Shown here: piece by piece, positions 25,784 through 40,000 of the stretch
Position numbering within the stretch: position 1 is the first letter of the stretch
Layout of the letters: every line of letters begins with the position of its first letter
Assembly: GCA_021613535.1 (NCBI GenBank)
Contig: CP075494.1
Coordinates: 9,424,001-9,488,000 of the forward strand
Reading direction: 5' to 3'
Length of the DNA stretch: 64,000 nucleotides
Origin: Adineta vaga
Lineage: Eukaryota; Animalia; Rotifera
Translations under genes and position numbers: made by a program
Notes under the pieces: model-generated
The model's database searches: none
Told to the model about the DNA's origin: nothing
The model's input: only the letters and a program-made list of their open reading frames with translations

Positions 25784-28364
25784 TCAAAGCACGAGAAAAA
25801 CGCGTTTCTTAAAGAAGATATAGGCAATAATTATCCAGAAAATACAACCCCAAAGTGCCATTGCAAGATGTGCTGAATGTGTATTAACAACAACCCATTG
25901 AACAGGAAAATAGGTAGCAAAAACAATATGTGCAATATAGATAAGAATGGAATTCGTTCCCAAATATTGAAATGGTGTTGCATTCCACAATTTTAATTTA
26001 TCAATAACAATATACATAATTGAAAAGCCCAAAAATGCCACACCACCTAGAAAACATCATTCGAATAGATTAGAAGTTAGGGAAGAAAATGTCTTACCAG
26101 TAAAAAATGAAAATGATAATGTCCAAAGATTTTTATTCAATGGCATAGGTCCACCATCAAGTGTACCTGATGTCAGTCCAATACCCGTAGCCAATGTAAA
26201 GATACCCCAAGTAATAAGACGTATAAGTCGATCCAGATCAGTTTGATACATAACTATAGAACGGAAAATACAGCTAAAAATCTCGAAAAACAACTATACA
26301 AACCAAGTATGCGACCAGCTTGAACACCTAAGTATGCTAAAAAGATTGTTGGAATAACACCAAGTAAATTTTCCGAATCAAAAGGTGGTTTACAACCTAA
26401 ATAGATACCGAATATATTTTACGAAAAACAAAGTATTTATTTACCGTAAACAAGTTGACAGGTTGGATATTGATAAAGATGTTTATCGGTAAAAATGAAT
26501 CGATCAATATATCCTGTTATACCACCAGTACAATTTTCATATTTACCATTTTCATGTAAACCACCTAGAACAGATTAACTCCCGATAAGTACATATGATT
26601 TCTTTGACAGAAAATGAACACTTACCCGGTCCAAGATAACCAGCTGGACAATCTTCAAATGGAACTAAATAAACGACTAAGATCCAAATAGTAGTTAAAC
26701 CAATGATGGACAACCATTGAAGAGGAAAATTTGAAATATCTCGAAAAACAGTTGTAACACGTTTAGTTCGTCCTGTTTTAACTGTTGTTGTTGTCAGTGT
26801 TGATGTATGTTTACCATTATTATTTAAATTTGCTGTTAATGAATATTGTTTTGGTCGTGTACAAAGTACTTCAATAGTACCAATTACACCATAAACAAGA
26901 GCAAAACGCTGTAAAACACCCAAAATTCGAACATTATTTAAATCAACTTTAAAACGTGTATTTAAAATAAAACCAATGATCTAAACAGAAGAATTCGTAT
27001 AATTTCATTTATTTACGTAGAAAGAAACTTACAAATAATTTTAAAGTACGCATGGCAACTTTCATGAGTAATGTTCGTTTCGATACTCCTTTATCAAAAG
27101 CATTCTTAATTGAAATCACTGCTGATGCTCCTAGAATCCAAACAAACAGAGGAAAAACAGCATCAGCAATCGTAATTCCATGCCAAGGTGAATGTTGAAA
27201 TTGAGCATAACCACCACCACCATAATTAATAAAGATCATAGCAATTAAAGCTACAAAAGTACAGATGTAAACTACAAAAAGAGATCTATCATCACTTACC
27301 TAAACCACGGAATGCATCTAAACTAAGTAAACGTTTTGATCGTGGGACAATCACTTGAGAAACTTTATGTATAGGTGGAATTTTTGATACATTGGAATTA
27401 CATTCTACTGTGTTGACTGGATCAGTACCAGACTGACAGAGTGTTGTAACAGGTGGACACGCTTGTAAATCATAGGAATGTGTTGATTCTTGCGGTGGAA
27501 CATGGTTGAAACAACGATTTTTTAAATTGATTAAATATTCACGTAATTTCATTCGTTGAGCAAAGATACAAAAAATAAATAGAGCTAGGAGAATAACTCC
27601 AGCAAATATCAATGGTGTATAAACATTATTTGCTGAACGACGTGTTGTTAAAATACATTTCAAACCTGTATCTAAACTTGAATTTGAAGGTGGAACTGTT
27701 GATTGTTGAACATTTAAAATATATTCTCCGTGTTCATAGAGATTCAATGTTTCTAAACAGGATGATGTATTACTCAATTCAATACGAATTCGATAAGAAT
27801 ATTTCGTATTTAAAGTTAAATTTAGGACTTGATTGGATGAAAGATCTTGTGCAATCACTTCATAAGGACAATCAAGACATTCATTGACAAGAACATATAC
27901 TGTTAAATTGCCGGAAATCTACAGATAACGTATGAATCGATAAGGTACAAAGTGTTTGAAAACAAAGATATCTTTACTTGATTATCAACAATGATATCAA
28001 CTGTAGCTTGATCAATTCCTAATGGTATTGTTTGATTGGAATTTGTTGTATTTGAAGATGTTGATCTAGTCACAAGTCGATCTTCTCCATTATTAATTAT
28101 CAATTGTCGACGAAATGGTACAAGTTGAGTTTGATTACTACTGTTTGTTGTTAATGATGAAGAACGAACAGTTGCCCAAAAACTGGCTCGATTTAATTCT
28201 TTTCCATCATTATTATTCAATGAACAATATTGCTGAACAATTCTTCGATCATAATGAGTTGAATCCATTGATGTACTTCCAACTTCATGTCCAAATTGAA
28301 CAGAAATAGATAATTGAAAAAGAAATAATTGAATAATGGAAATTAAATATAATTTTGTCTTCAT
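25784..28364 (-). CDS. HGSNAT: Heparan-alpha-glucosaminide N-acetyltransferase, multi-exon
   Basis: Signal peptide; RLLSLDAFRGL, MIFINYGGG, HSPWHGITIADAVFPLF, GVLQRFA, CPAGYLGPG, LNKNLWTLSF, GTNSILIY. Confidence 0.93.
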
Positions 28365-28884
28365 GATCTATCGTCTTTACAGGTATTGACTTGTTCGATT
28401 CATAATGTTCGATGTTGATCAACTATCGTTATTGTAAGCATATGTCTATGTGATCTTTATTCTTCTGTTCTTCTCTTCATTAGATAACGAAGAATTTCGT
28501 TCTTAACGAACGAACGAAAGAGAGAGAGAAAATCCTAGAATAAACACCGATCTCTTCTTTCCTTTTTTTCTTCATCGAGAGAAATATTCGTTTTCCTAAT
28601 TAAAATCAAATTCTTTTTTAGTAAAATAATTAAGAAACGTGCTTATACTCAATGTTCAGGATCAATCTTCGTACGAAGATTGTCATTGATTTATTTCGTA
28701 ATGAGAACTATTTTCATAATTGAGATATTATGAAAGATTTAACTATTATAGAAAAAAAGAAAGAAAGATGTTTACAATCAAACATAGACTTATATTGATC
28801 GATCGCTTCTAATTGGGGATAGGCAATTGACAAAATGTCTCTTGTCAATCTAAATAAATATTAAACATGTTGTTATGTATTTGA

Positions 28885-29683
28885 TCAAGTCGTTTTTTCT
28901 TCAGATTTTATTCGAATAACTTCTAACATGTGATTATCTTTTAAACGTTCAACATCACGATCATTACGTACGCGTACACAAGGTAAACGACGTAATTTAT
29001 CAATATGATCAATTTCAAGTTCATGACAAATCAGTGTTAAAAGTCGTTCATATGAGCCAATCGTTGGTATTTTATTGAAATCAAATTCAATAAAATCACT
29101 TTCCAATGGATCATTAGCGATACGACAGAGAAGTGTAATTGGTGGTGTTTCAATTGAAGCGATAGGAGTTGATGAAGGCAAAGATGAAACATATGGAAAG
29201 ACTGGATGTCGAAGATAATTTGGAACAATTGGAAGAGTCGTATTGCACGATTTGACACCATCTATAAAGATAGACGTGGGAGAATAGTGAAGTGTAAATA
29301 ATTGAGTTTTAGTCTTACTATTTGATGATATAGTTGATTGTAGAATTTCACGTAATGCATCATTGGTACAAATATGTGCTGCGGTTGATTGATCATTTGC
29401 TTGTATATCTCGATTTGCACCATTTTCAAGTAGATATTGCACTACATCAGAATGATTTCGTTTTGCTGCCCAATGTAAAGCTGTCCTAATTTCAAAAGAG
29501 AACAAAACATTCATATTCAATTTCAAGAAAATTGTGATGTTAACTCGCATACCATCCATTCATAACATTCTGACTATTAAGATTTAAATTCGGTTTATTG
29601 GTTAATAAACTTTGAATTTGATGTAGATCACCATTACAGGCGAATTCACGTAATAATTCTTCATCAATTCGTTCTTGATTCAT
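28885..29683 (-). CDS. ANKRD40: Ankyrin repeat domain-containing protein 40-like
   Basis: ELLREFACNGD...NSQNVMNGW|TALHWAAKRNH; VPNYLRHPVFPY; C-terminal DFIEFD...CHELE...KLRRLP...RNDRDVERL domain. Confidence 0.85.
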
Positions 29684-29865
29684 TTTTTTCTAGTTTGCAA
29701 AAATCTATTCTTTTCTCTTTGAATTTTTTTATCTACGAACCAATAAAATCCAATGATATTACCTCCGTTAAATAACATGCAGTCACACATACTTAGATGG
29801 TAGCAGATATTTAGAAAAAGAATGTTTCTTTTATTAACAAAAAAAATATTTCAATCGATGTTGAA

Positions 29866-30660
29866 TTAATACAAAACAATCGTATCATCTCGAATTTGTG
29901 CTAAATGTGCTTTACGGATCAATGTTGAATTCAAATGACTATTCTTTCGATAGAGTGGATCGAGTGAATTTTCATTACTCGATGATGTAACAGTGATCGT
30001 TGAAGGTGTTAACGAACGACAATAGTCGAAGGGTAAAAGATCATTCGTTCGTCGACAACTTTGAGAATATCGAAGAGGTGATACAGGTTTTTGTTGGTCT
30101 TGTTGTAAACAAAGAATATGATTGAGTTCATTAAGAAAACGAAAATATAATGTATTTAACTGACGATCTGATGATTGCTGTTGATTCGATTGAATAGCTA
30201 AGGCTAGATGTGACATTGATGGTGATATAGATGAAGTATAGAATGGATTATCTGTTAATTTATTAAATCTAAATATCAAACGAGAATATTATTTATTGAA
30301 TTTTGATCAAGTTCTTCTCTCGTACCGTTCAATATTTGTTGGTGCCGATAATTTATCTAAATTTTTTACATTTTGATTGATTAAATGTGGTGGATTAAAG
30401 GACAATGATACGGATGAACCACTTGTATTAAATCGATTTTTTCCAAATCGTTCATTCTTATTATGAAATTTAATTGAAAAGAATTTATTCGAACGTTGAT
30501 GTTGTTGACGACGAAATAGACAAGATTTTCGATTATATACTGTTCGATGTGATTTACGATGAAGAATTAACCAAATAATAAAACATATTATTGCAATCAT
30601 TGATACAATTCCTACAGCACTACAAATTGCTACAATAATTATTCGATCGAGTCCATCCAT
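29866..30660 (-). CDS. Orphan single-pass membrane protein (N-terminal TM, basic and Ser-rich tail); exons 30660-30326 and 30268-29866
   Basis: Hydrophobic IIIVAICSAVGIVSMIAIICFIIWLIL followed by HRK; a phase-2 GT-AG intron joins the two ORFs in frame. Confidence 0.7.
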
Positions 30661-31275
30661 GATACAAATCTTGTTGAATTAAACAACAATACAAATTGTT
30701 AGAATCAAAGAGAGAAAGAAAGAAAGACAGAAAGAAAAAGTTTCGTTTGAACTCAGTATGTCATTCGTAATAAGTTCTCTCGTCGTCTGTTATAATAGGT
30801 GTGTATACCTGGAGATTCATTCTCTTTTTTTTTTGATTTATAATAAACTCATGTCGAACAATGCGAGAAAAAACGGCGAGAGAGAGAGAGAAAGAGAGAG
30901 AGAGTAATAATCATATTTAAATGAGTTAATAAAATTCGTATGTATGAACTGAAAATTATAACTTCGACCTTATTTGTCTCCAGGAAACAATTTCATTATT
31001 TACATAAACGATTTCTACGGATTTAGTTAAGCAATTTGTTCATTTATTTTCTTAATTCATTGTTCTCAATAAGTGAAAAAATAACAATACCATTGAAAGT
31101 AAACAATGCAAATGCTAGTGCTCACATAATTTTATCAACATCTTATGTTCAAAAAAAGGAACTTATCGAAGGTTAAGAGATTATTGAAGTAAAAAAGATG
31201 AGAAACTCTCATTGAATCAATTTATTAAATATTTAATTATTACCAGGGAGAAAAAGAGGGAAAATGAACAAATCT

Positions 31276-31822
31276 TCAATGATCACCATGTTTTTTATTA
31301 TTGTCAGATAGTTTTTTAACACCTTTTGCAAGAAGTAATCCGCCAAGTACACCAACCAGAGCAGCTGCTGCTGGTTTTATATATTCCATATAATCTGTTT
31401 GTTGTTGTTCTTCTTCTTTTTCATCAGTTTGACCTGTTTGTAATTTTTGAATACGATCACGAATTAGTTGAGTATAACCAGGTGGACGTTCAGGCATACG
31501 AGTTCCATATTGTCGTTCAATAATATCACGTACAATATAATTTCCAGGAAGACTGTCAACTGAATTATTGATTAAATTTGTACGTCGTCGACAGATTGGA
31601 CCTAATTTTGCAAATCATAATTCGAAATGACAAACTTATTTTCAAATACTTACAATCAATGGCATTTGTTGTAGAAAACATGCGAGATGATGCGGCGAGA
31701 TGTACTTTTAAACAATTGGCGCAAAACGTATGCTGACAATCAAGAACCTTAGGATCATAGAAGACTTCGAGACAAATTGGACATTGGAGAAGATCATCGA
31801 TTTTGGAGGAAGCCGAAGCCAT
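31276..31822 (-). CDS. RING-HC E3 ubiquitin ligase with C-terminal TM helix (164 aa); exons 31822-31654 and 31601-31276
   Basis: CPICLEVFYDPKVLDCQHTFCANCL...IDCPICR (C3HC4); AAAALVGVLGGLLLA near the C-terminus. Confidence 0.85.
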
Positions 31823-32138
31823 GAAGAAGATGTATTTACTAAAACAAAATAAATTAAAATTAAGTAATTCACTGTATTTCTCATGTGTAAAATGATGAGT
31901 CATGCGCTGGATATAACCAAATGTAATAGATAAGAAAAGATAAGCGAAATATTCTGTAGACAGACAGTCAATATTAATAATGCTTACCAAGAAAATCAAT
32001 AAAATGAAAGAAGAAAATTAGATTATTTAGATTCAATCTAAAATATAAATAAAAATGGCATTTCTATAAGAAGAAAAACAACAACGCTTCTTCAACAATC
32101 ATTCGTTATTCTCTATCATGCAAGAACATTAACATCAT

Positions 32139-32966
32139 TTATTCATCAGCTAATTTATCAAGCATCGTATTGAATGATTTGGCAGTTTGATCAGTATAAG
32201 ATAGCTGAGTTGAACTAGAACTTTCACGTAGTGGTGCTGATAAGGATGAAAATTGTGTACAATCAATTGTTTTCGATTTGACAAGCGATGGACTAGTTAC
32301 AGATTTCTAAAATGTGACAAGCAGCAGCAGCAATAGTAGTAGCTTGAAAGCAAATGGAAAATATGAAATTTACCACAGGTGATATTAATTCAGCTAAATC
32401 ATCTTCTTCATCATCGACAGATGGATTTTGTGCAGCATTGGCTTGAAGAACTAGAAGTTTTATTGAATATATTTTATTTCAATAGATCATTTTTATTACC
32501 TGATGAATAAGCTTCGGGATATTTTTTATTTAATCGAATTTTTAATAATCTAGAATAAAAATAGTGATAAATAGAAAATAAGAATTTGTTGGTTTGCAAT
32601 ACTTAATTCGTTTGAAAATATAATCTAGGTCATTTTTCATGCCAGTTAACATTTGAGTATGACTCGAAAAATCGCGTGAAGCATCTAAATAACGTTTTGT
32701 GGATAGTTTATTAATTCCATCCACTTTTTCAACGGTTTTATCTAATTGATGTAGACTAAAAGTGACAACAAAAGAAAATGAAAAGATTCTTGTGTTTTTT
32801 CGAGGAATAAAAGTCTTTACAAAGAACGTTGAACATTTAATAAATTGTGAACATCTTCGTTGTTAACTTCATTCAAAAGTAAATTAGCAAATGTCGATGC
32901 TGCAGATACAGGTGAAGGTATTGTAGTAGTTGTCGATGATGTTAACGAATCAGCTGTTGTTTCCAT
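32139..32966 (-). CDS. KXD1: KxDL motif-containing protein 1 (BORC subunit), multi-exon
   Basis: HTQMLTGMKNDLDYIFKRIK...KYPEAY motif with upstream coiled-coil exons. Confidence 0.85.
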
Positions 32967-34082
32967 TCGTTTGAAGAATAACTAAAACATGAATTCATAA
33001 GTTAATCATAGTACAAATTCATTTCTAATTACTGTTCGTTCGATCACGATTTGTTTGTTTGTTGTATAAAATGTTCTATTCTCTTCCGTCTTCGTATGAT
33101 GAATATGAATAAGACTAACATACTCCTGAGAATTGTTCCAATCATTTTTGAGAGTTTGACATTGATGTATCATGAAACATTTGATATGCGTAGGATTGAT
33201 ACTAAAAAAAGGGTTGATTTTATTTTATGGATTAGATATTGTTCTATATTATTCACTTTGTATTAGTATTCTAAACATGAACTCAATAATTATCAATGTA
33301 ATGATAAGGAGTGACACCTACCGACGATGAATCGATAGAATATATTTAGAAGACTTATTGTACTAAGCTATTAATGTCAATTAAACGAAGAGTTTATATG
33401 ATTTTCATGACAGATGTCAAATGATGTTTTCAGTATCTCATTCATTTATGGCGTATCATATACATGAATTTATTTTGAAAAATATAACATCATAGATTAT
33501 TCCATAACGCAAATGCCTATAGTGTATTTATATAAAATATTTACGATATTTCTGATGTTGATATAGACATTTATCGTTTTGACGAAATATCTCACAAAAT
33601 TGTCATACTAGAAAGGTAATATATCTATTACAAGATCATGGTTAGAACAGATTTCAATTGGTTTTAAAAATGAGGACTTAAATGGATTAAATAAAGATCA
33701 AGAATTAAATAAAACGATCGAAATTTTAATACGAGATTAACTTAACAATAAGAAATTGAGATTCATTCTTTAGCGTAATACTTCCTTTCAACCTATATAA
33801 ATATTGCGACATTTCAGAGGATGTGGTGCATAGCACCATCTACTCCATGTTATCAAGATTGGCTGATTAATTGAGTTTAAATATTCATCCAAATATTGAG
33901 ATTGAGCATCGATAAAATATAGTACGACAACTCAGAGACATATGACTCATAGTACAAGTAATATAATTAATAAAATACTCGTATTCGTGGCAGTTTCTAG
34001 CGATTAGCTTTTAACACAAATTCAGAAAAGATAAGAATACAAACGATTGAATTACTTTTCTTCTACTTTTAGCATTATTTCA

Positions 34083-37000
34083 ATGGCTCAAAAGAACCCT
34101 AAGGGTGGTGGTATATCCACATCGGGATATATTGATAACAATGATATGTTTCTTAGAAGAGCACTGGAAACATTATTAAACGACAAAGATATAAAAAAAT
34201 CCCAATATCAACAATTAAAACGTGCATGTGAAACAGCTCTTGGTTCGTTAAACTTCTTTTCCCCCGAATCAAAGTATTATATTTTCTCATTTTAGCATCC
34301 GTAACAAAAGATACTCAAACTACTAAGTAACATTCAATCTTTACCTATTTTGTCAAAGTTTCTCATAAATCTTCATCATTTTAGTGCACCATCGATCAAT
34401 GAAACATATTTTCTTCCATTTGAATTAGCATGTGCATCTAATCATCCTCGCATGATTGATACAGCACTCGATTGTCTTCAAGTATTTACATTGATTAATA
34501 GGAAAATTAAAAATAAAATACACATTCTATTTTAGAAACTTCTTGTAAATGGACATTTGATTGGTAGTGCGCCTGATCCAACTGATCCATCGAAATTTTT
34601 AATTGATCGAATTGTAACTTTAATTTGTGCATGTTTTCGTGGCTCACAAACGGAAGAAAAAGTTGAATTACAAATTATTAAAATATGTTTAACCATTATG
34701 ACATCACAAACAATTGAAATACATCAACGAAGTGTTTTACAAATTGTTAAAACTTGTTTTAATATTTATTTAACAAGTCGATCGAGAATCAATGAAGCAA
34801 CTGCACAAGGTTCTCTTTCACAAATACTTATGGGAATTTTCAATAAAATGGAACAAAAAATGGTGTGTGTGTTTGTTTGTTTGTTTCTTTGTTTTTTTCG
34901 AGACAAATTTGATTTAGAATTTGGTCAATGAACGAAAAAGAAAAGAACTTGTATATGAGTCAACAACGGATTATGATCAAGAACAAAGTGTTATTAAAGA
35001 AATACTCGATGAACTTGTAGAGAAAATTTGCTATGGTAATATTTGGTCATTTTCGAATTAGAATTCGAAGAATTTGTTTAGATGAAGCAACACAAGAACA
35101 TACAAATAATTCGTTGTCAACAAATGATATTATTGAAGATATTCCATCAACACAAGGAGAGATTATTGATAACATATCACAAAGTGAGAAAGGTAAGGAA
35201 AAAGAATCCATTTGATAAGAAAATAGTAATTTGATCGGATGATAGATTTGTTAGAAAGAATGACAAGAAATTATGAGTATGTTTTCTTTAGATTCTCAAT
35301 CTATCGATGATCAATCATCTGGTAGATTCGGCATGTCAAATTCTCTTTCAGCTGATGAACTATCGGCTGATAATTACTTTAAAAATGCTTTTTATGTATT
35401 TCGTGCATTATGTAAATTATCAGATCGTGATATTAAAGATAAAGGAAATCCAGATCCTCGGTATGTTAATAATCAATTTCCTCTTGAGAAAGAAACATTC
35501 ACGTTTTTTTTTTTTTGTAAACCTATAGAATTAATTTGGATTTGAAATCACGTATATTTTCATTACGTCTAATAATGCAAATTCTTCAAACATCAGGTCC
35601 ATTTTTTCGTTCATCAGACGATTTTCTTCAATTAATCAAAACAAATTTATGTGTATCATTATCACGTAATGGTGTTTCATCAATTTTGGAATTATTCGAA
35701 ATGGCTTTGTTTAATTTTGTCGAATTACTCGATAAATTTAAGTCACATTTAAAAATTCAAATTGAAGTAAATATAATCTTTCAAAGTATCATAATGATAT
35801 AAAGCATTATTTGTAGGTATTGTTTCGTGAGATATTCTTGACTATTCTTGAAACATCAACAAGTTCATTTCGACATAAATGGTTAGTTATACAAACATTA
35901 GCGAAAGTATCAGCTGGTAAGTTGAGTTCTTTTGTTATTTTCTATACCGATTGCAATTCTATTGACATGTTTATGTAAATAGATGCACAAATTATTGTTG
36001 ATTTATTTATCAATTATGATTGTTCGATGCGATCAGCAAATATATTCGAACGTCTCGTTATTGTTCTTTCACGAGCAGCACAAGGTCGACAAGCAGTAGA
36101 ATTAGGTAAGTCAATAATCTTCGAATATCTTTCAAGATTATCTTTCTTTTATTTCCGTAATAGGTTGTAATCAAACCGAAGAACATAATTTACGTATAAA
36201 AGGTCTTGAATGTCTTGTTTTAATCTTAAAATGTATGGTTGAATGGAGTAAAGATCTGTATGTTAATCCACATTTACAAAGCAATTTAGGTTAGATTATT
36301 TTCTCATTTTTTTTGTTTGTATATTTAAATCATTTATTTTCAAGGGCCTGATTCGAAACCATTGAATGAAAATGGTTATGATCAAGATAGTAATCGATCA
36401 TCATCAGGTTATGTGGGTAGTGGTATGCGCCGTGCAGATTCGAATGGTTCAATTAATTCATCACAATCATCAGAACTTATCAATGATTTCGAAGTTATTC
36501 GTCAACGTAAAGAATTATTCGAGAAAGGCATTGATTTATTCAATCAAAGTGCTAAGAAAGGCTTAGAATATCTTTGTGAAAAGAATCTTCTCAATAATGA
36601 ACCAGAAGAAATTGCACAATTCTTTCATGCATATCAAGATCTATTAGATAAAACTATAATTGGAGATTGTTTTGGAGAAGATGATAAACATCATAAACAA
36701 ATTATGTATGCATATATTGATCAATTGGATTTTACAAATATGGAATTTCTAGCAGCATTAAGAAAATTTCTAGCAGGTTTTCGTTTACCTGGTGAAGCAC
36801 AAAAAATCGATCGATTAATGGAGAAATTTGCTGGAAGATTTTGTGAATGTAATACCAAGTAAGGATCAATAAAAAACATTTTCGAACAGATGACATAATT
36901 GATATTATTTCTAATTAATAGTTTGGAAATATTTGCCAGTGCTGATGCAGCTTATGTTTTAGCCTATTCTGTGATTATGTTAACTACCGATTTACATAGT

Positions 37001-40000
37001 GTGAATGTAAGTCGAAGAACTTTTTCGATTAGAATAAGAATTTGAATTGATATTTTGATAGGTAAAGAAAAAGATGACGAAAGAGCAATATATCAAAATG
37101 AATCGTGGTATTAATGATAGTCGTGATCTTCCGGAAGAATTTCTTTCGAAAATCTATGATGAAATTAAAAATGAAGAAATCAAATTGAAAGTAACAACAA
37201 TGAAACGTGGAACAAAAGAAAATATTACAAATGATAAACAACGAGAGTTATTATTCAATGTTCAAATGAAAGATGTCGAAACAATTGCAAGAGATTTAAT
37301 GTCAAATGCTGGATCAAGTAGTGAAGAATTTACTATTGCAAAACATTTAGAACATGTTCGACCTATGTTTCAAGTAAATATAGTTTCTTCTTCAAAGCAA
37401 AATCTATGTTATTTTGTTTTTAGAAAGCATGGTCACCATGTCTAGCAGCATTTAGTGTTAATCTTCAAGATAGTAATCATATTGACCTGGCAAATTTATG
37501 TTTAACAGGAATTAGTTATGCTATTCGTATTGCTTGTATTTTTCATATGGAGGTTTGATAATTTTATTCGAAAGTATTTTATATAATAGAAAATCGATTG
37601 ATTTTTAGCTTGAACGAAATGCATTCATACAAACTTTATCTCGTTTTACATTATTAATGACAACTTCACAAGTTATGGAAATTAAAGCGAAAAATGTCGA
37701 ATGTTTGAAAACATTAATATCAGTTGCACAAACTGATGGAAATTATCTAGGTGAAGCTTGGTATGACGTAAGTAATACAAAAGATTTTGAATTTGAAAAA
37801 AAAAGCAAACCCCAACCATTGAATAGATTTTAAAATGTATTAGTCAATTGGAATTAGCACAATTATTTGGTGTTAATGATAATAAAACAAAATCATCCGT
37901 TGCAAATAGTTATCATCATTCACATATACCAACTCATCAAGGATCGACAACATTTAGTTTACCATTTGATAATCTTTTCAATACAGAAAAAAGTAAATTA
38001 ATGATTATGACAGTATGGTTTTGATGAAGAAACATATATATTTTAGGTCAATTAAAACGTATACAATCTATGCAAGATCAAATTCATGTTACAACTACTC
38101 AAAATGTTGTCGTTGCTGTTGATCGTATTTTTTCCGGCTCAGCTCGTTTAGATGGTGATGCAATAGGTATGAAAAATAGTCTTTTCTTTTGGTCAGTTGA
38201 CTTTTTGAGTTAATCTTGTTTCTTTAGTGGCATTCGTTCAAAGTTTATGCCATGTATCTATGGATGAATTGTATTCAACACCTCCTCGAATGTTTAGTTT
38301 GTTAAAAGTCGTAGAAATATCGTATTATAATATGGGACGTATTCGACTTCAATGGTCGAGAATATGGGAAATTGTTGGTGATCACTTTAATAAAGTATTC
38401 GAACTAATTTTTTCTTCTGTTTTGTTTTGAGTTTTATATTTTCTTTCATTGAATTTAACATAGGCTGCTTGTCATCCGGTACAAGATGTATCGTTCTTTG
38501 CGGTAGATTCTCTTCGACAATTATCAATGAAATTTCTTGAAAAAGGCGAATTTCCAAACTTTCGTTTTCAAAAAGAATTTCTTAAGCCATTCGAAATTAT
38601 TATGAAGAAAAATTCGTAAGTTTACAATTCAAGTTCCTCTTACACGCAACTTAACATTCATTCGTTTAGATCAACAACGATACGTGATATGGTGGTTCGT
38701 TGTATAACCCATTTTGTTGATGCTCAAGCAAAAAATATTCGGTCTGGTTGGAAAAATATCTTCAGTGTTTTTCAAATGGCTGCATCAGATACAGATGTAC
38801 AAATCGTGGAATTAGCTTTTCAAACATGTACACTTATTGTTGGTATGTTGGATCGATCGATCAATCGATCGTTTCTATTTATACTTATTTTTCAATAGGT
38901 GTGGTGTTTGATCGTTATTTTGCATCGGTACTTGATAGTTTCCAAGATGCAGTTAAATGTTTGTCAGAATTCGCATGCAATATTTCATTTCCTGATACAT
39001 CAATGGAAGCAATACGATTGATTCGACAATGTGCAAAATACGTTGCAGAAAAACCACAGGTTAATTGAATCTTTTTTTTGTTTACAATATTACAAAGAAA
39101 GTTTGAATTCCATTTAGATTTTTCGTGAACATGCTGGAGAAGATTTAATCAATGTTTCCGAAGAAGATCGTATTTGGGTTAAAGGATGGTTTCCTATTTT
39201 ATTTGAACTATCATGTATTATCAGTCGATGTAAATTAGACGTGAGAACAAGGTAAGAAATACATTTGAAAAAATCGAGTTAGTTTTTTTTTGTAATGTTT
39301 GAAATTTATTGAATAGGAGAAAATATTGTCGAAGTTTTATTGTACTTTCTATTCTAGAGCGTTAACAGTTATGTTTGAAATAATGAAAACATATGGCGAA
39401 ACATTTACTCAACATTGGTGGATTGAATTATTTAATGTTGTGTTTCGTATTTTTGACAATATGAAATTACCTGATACACAAATTGAGGTATAAATTTTCT
39501 TTTTCTCAATTTTTTTTTACATTTCTATTTATTCTTTGATCAGAAAATTGAATGGATGACAACAACATGTAATCATGCATTATATGCAATCGTTGATGTA
39601 TGTTCTCAATTCTATGATGACATTCCAGAATCACTTGTCAATGATTTATATTGTCAATTGAAATGGTGTGTTAATCAAGGTAAGAAGTTATTGATTTCAG
39701 AAGAATAACAAATGTTTACAAATGAAATTAATTTGTATAGATAATGAACAATTGGCAAAATCAGGAACGAATTGCTTAGAAAACTTTGTTATTGCTTGTG
39801 GTCAACGCTTTACACTGACAATTTGGCAAAAAACTTGTACTTGTATTCTTGAAGTTTTTCGTTCAACTTTACCTGAAATGTAACTAATCCGTTCAATTAT
39901 TCATCTTCTCTCAATAATTCTATATTCTGAAACTAATCTTAGGCTTTTAACATGGCGACCTGATACAGATAGTTCAACAATGGCAACAATCAATGAAATA

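Noticed and set aside
8376-26453. FoxO-binding GTAAACAA sites (8376, ~21584, ~26446)
   Set aside because: An AT-rich 8-mer expected by chance in this composition; not clustered at the candidate target promoters.
33300-33920. Possible decayed coding sequence between KXD1 and BIG1/2 (RSWLEQISIGFKNEDLNGLNK...)
   Set aside because: Short, interrupted and not assignable to a family.
28364-34083. AG acceptors just upstream of the ATG in ANKRD40, the RING gene and BIG1/2 as evidence of trans-splicing
   Set aside because: Plausible GT donors lie upstream (e.g. ~29762, ~31987, ~33958), so ordinary 5' UTR introns explain them.
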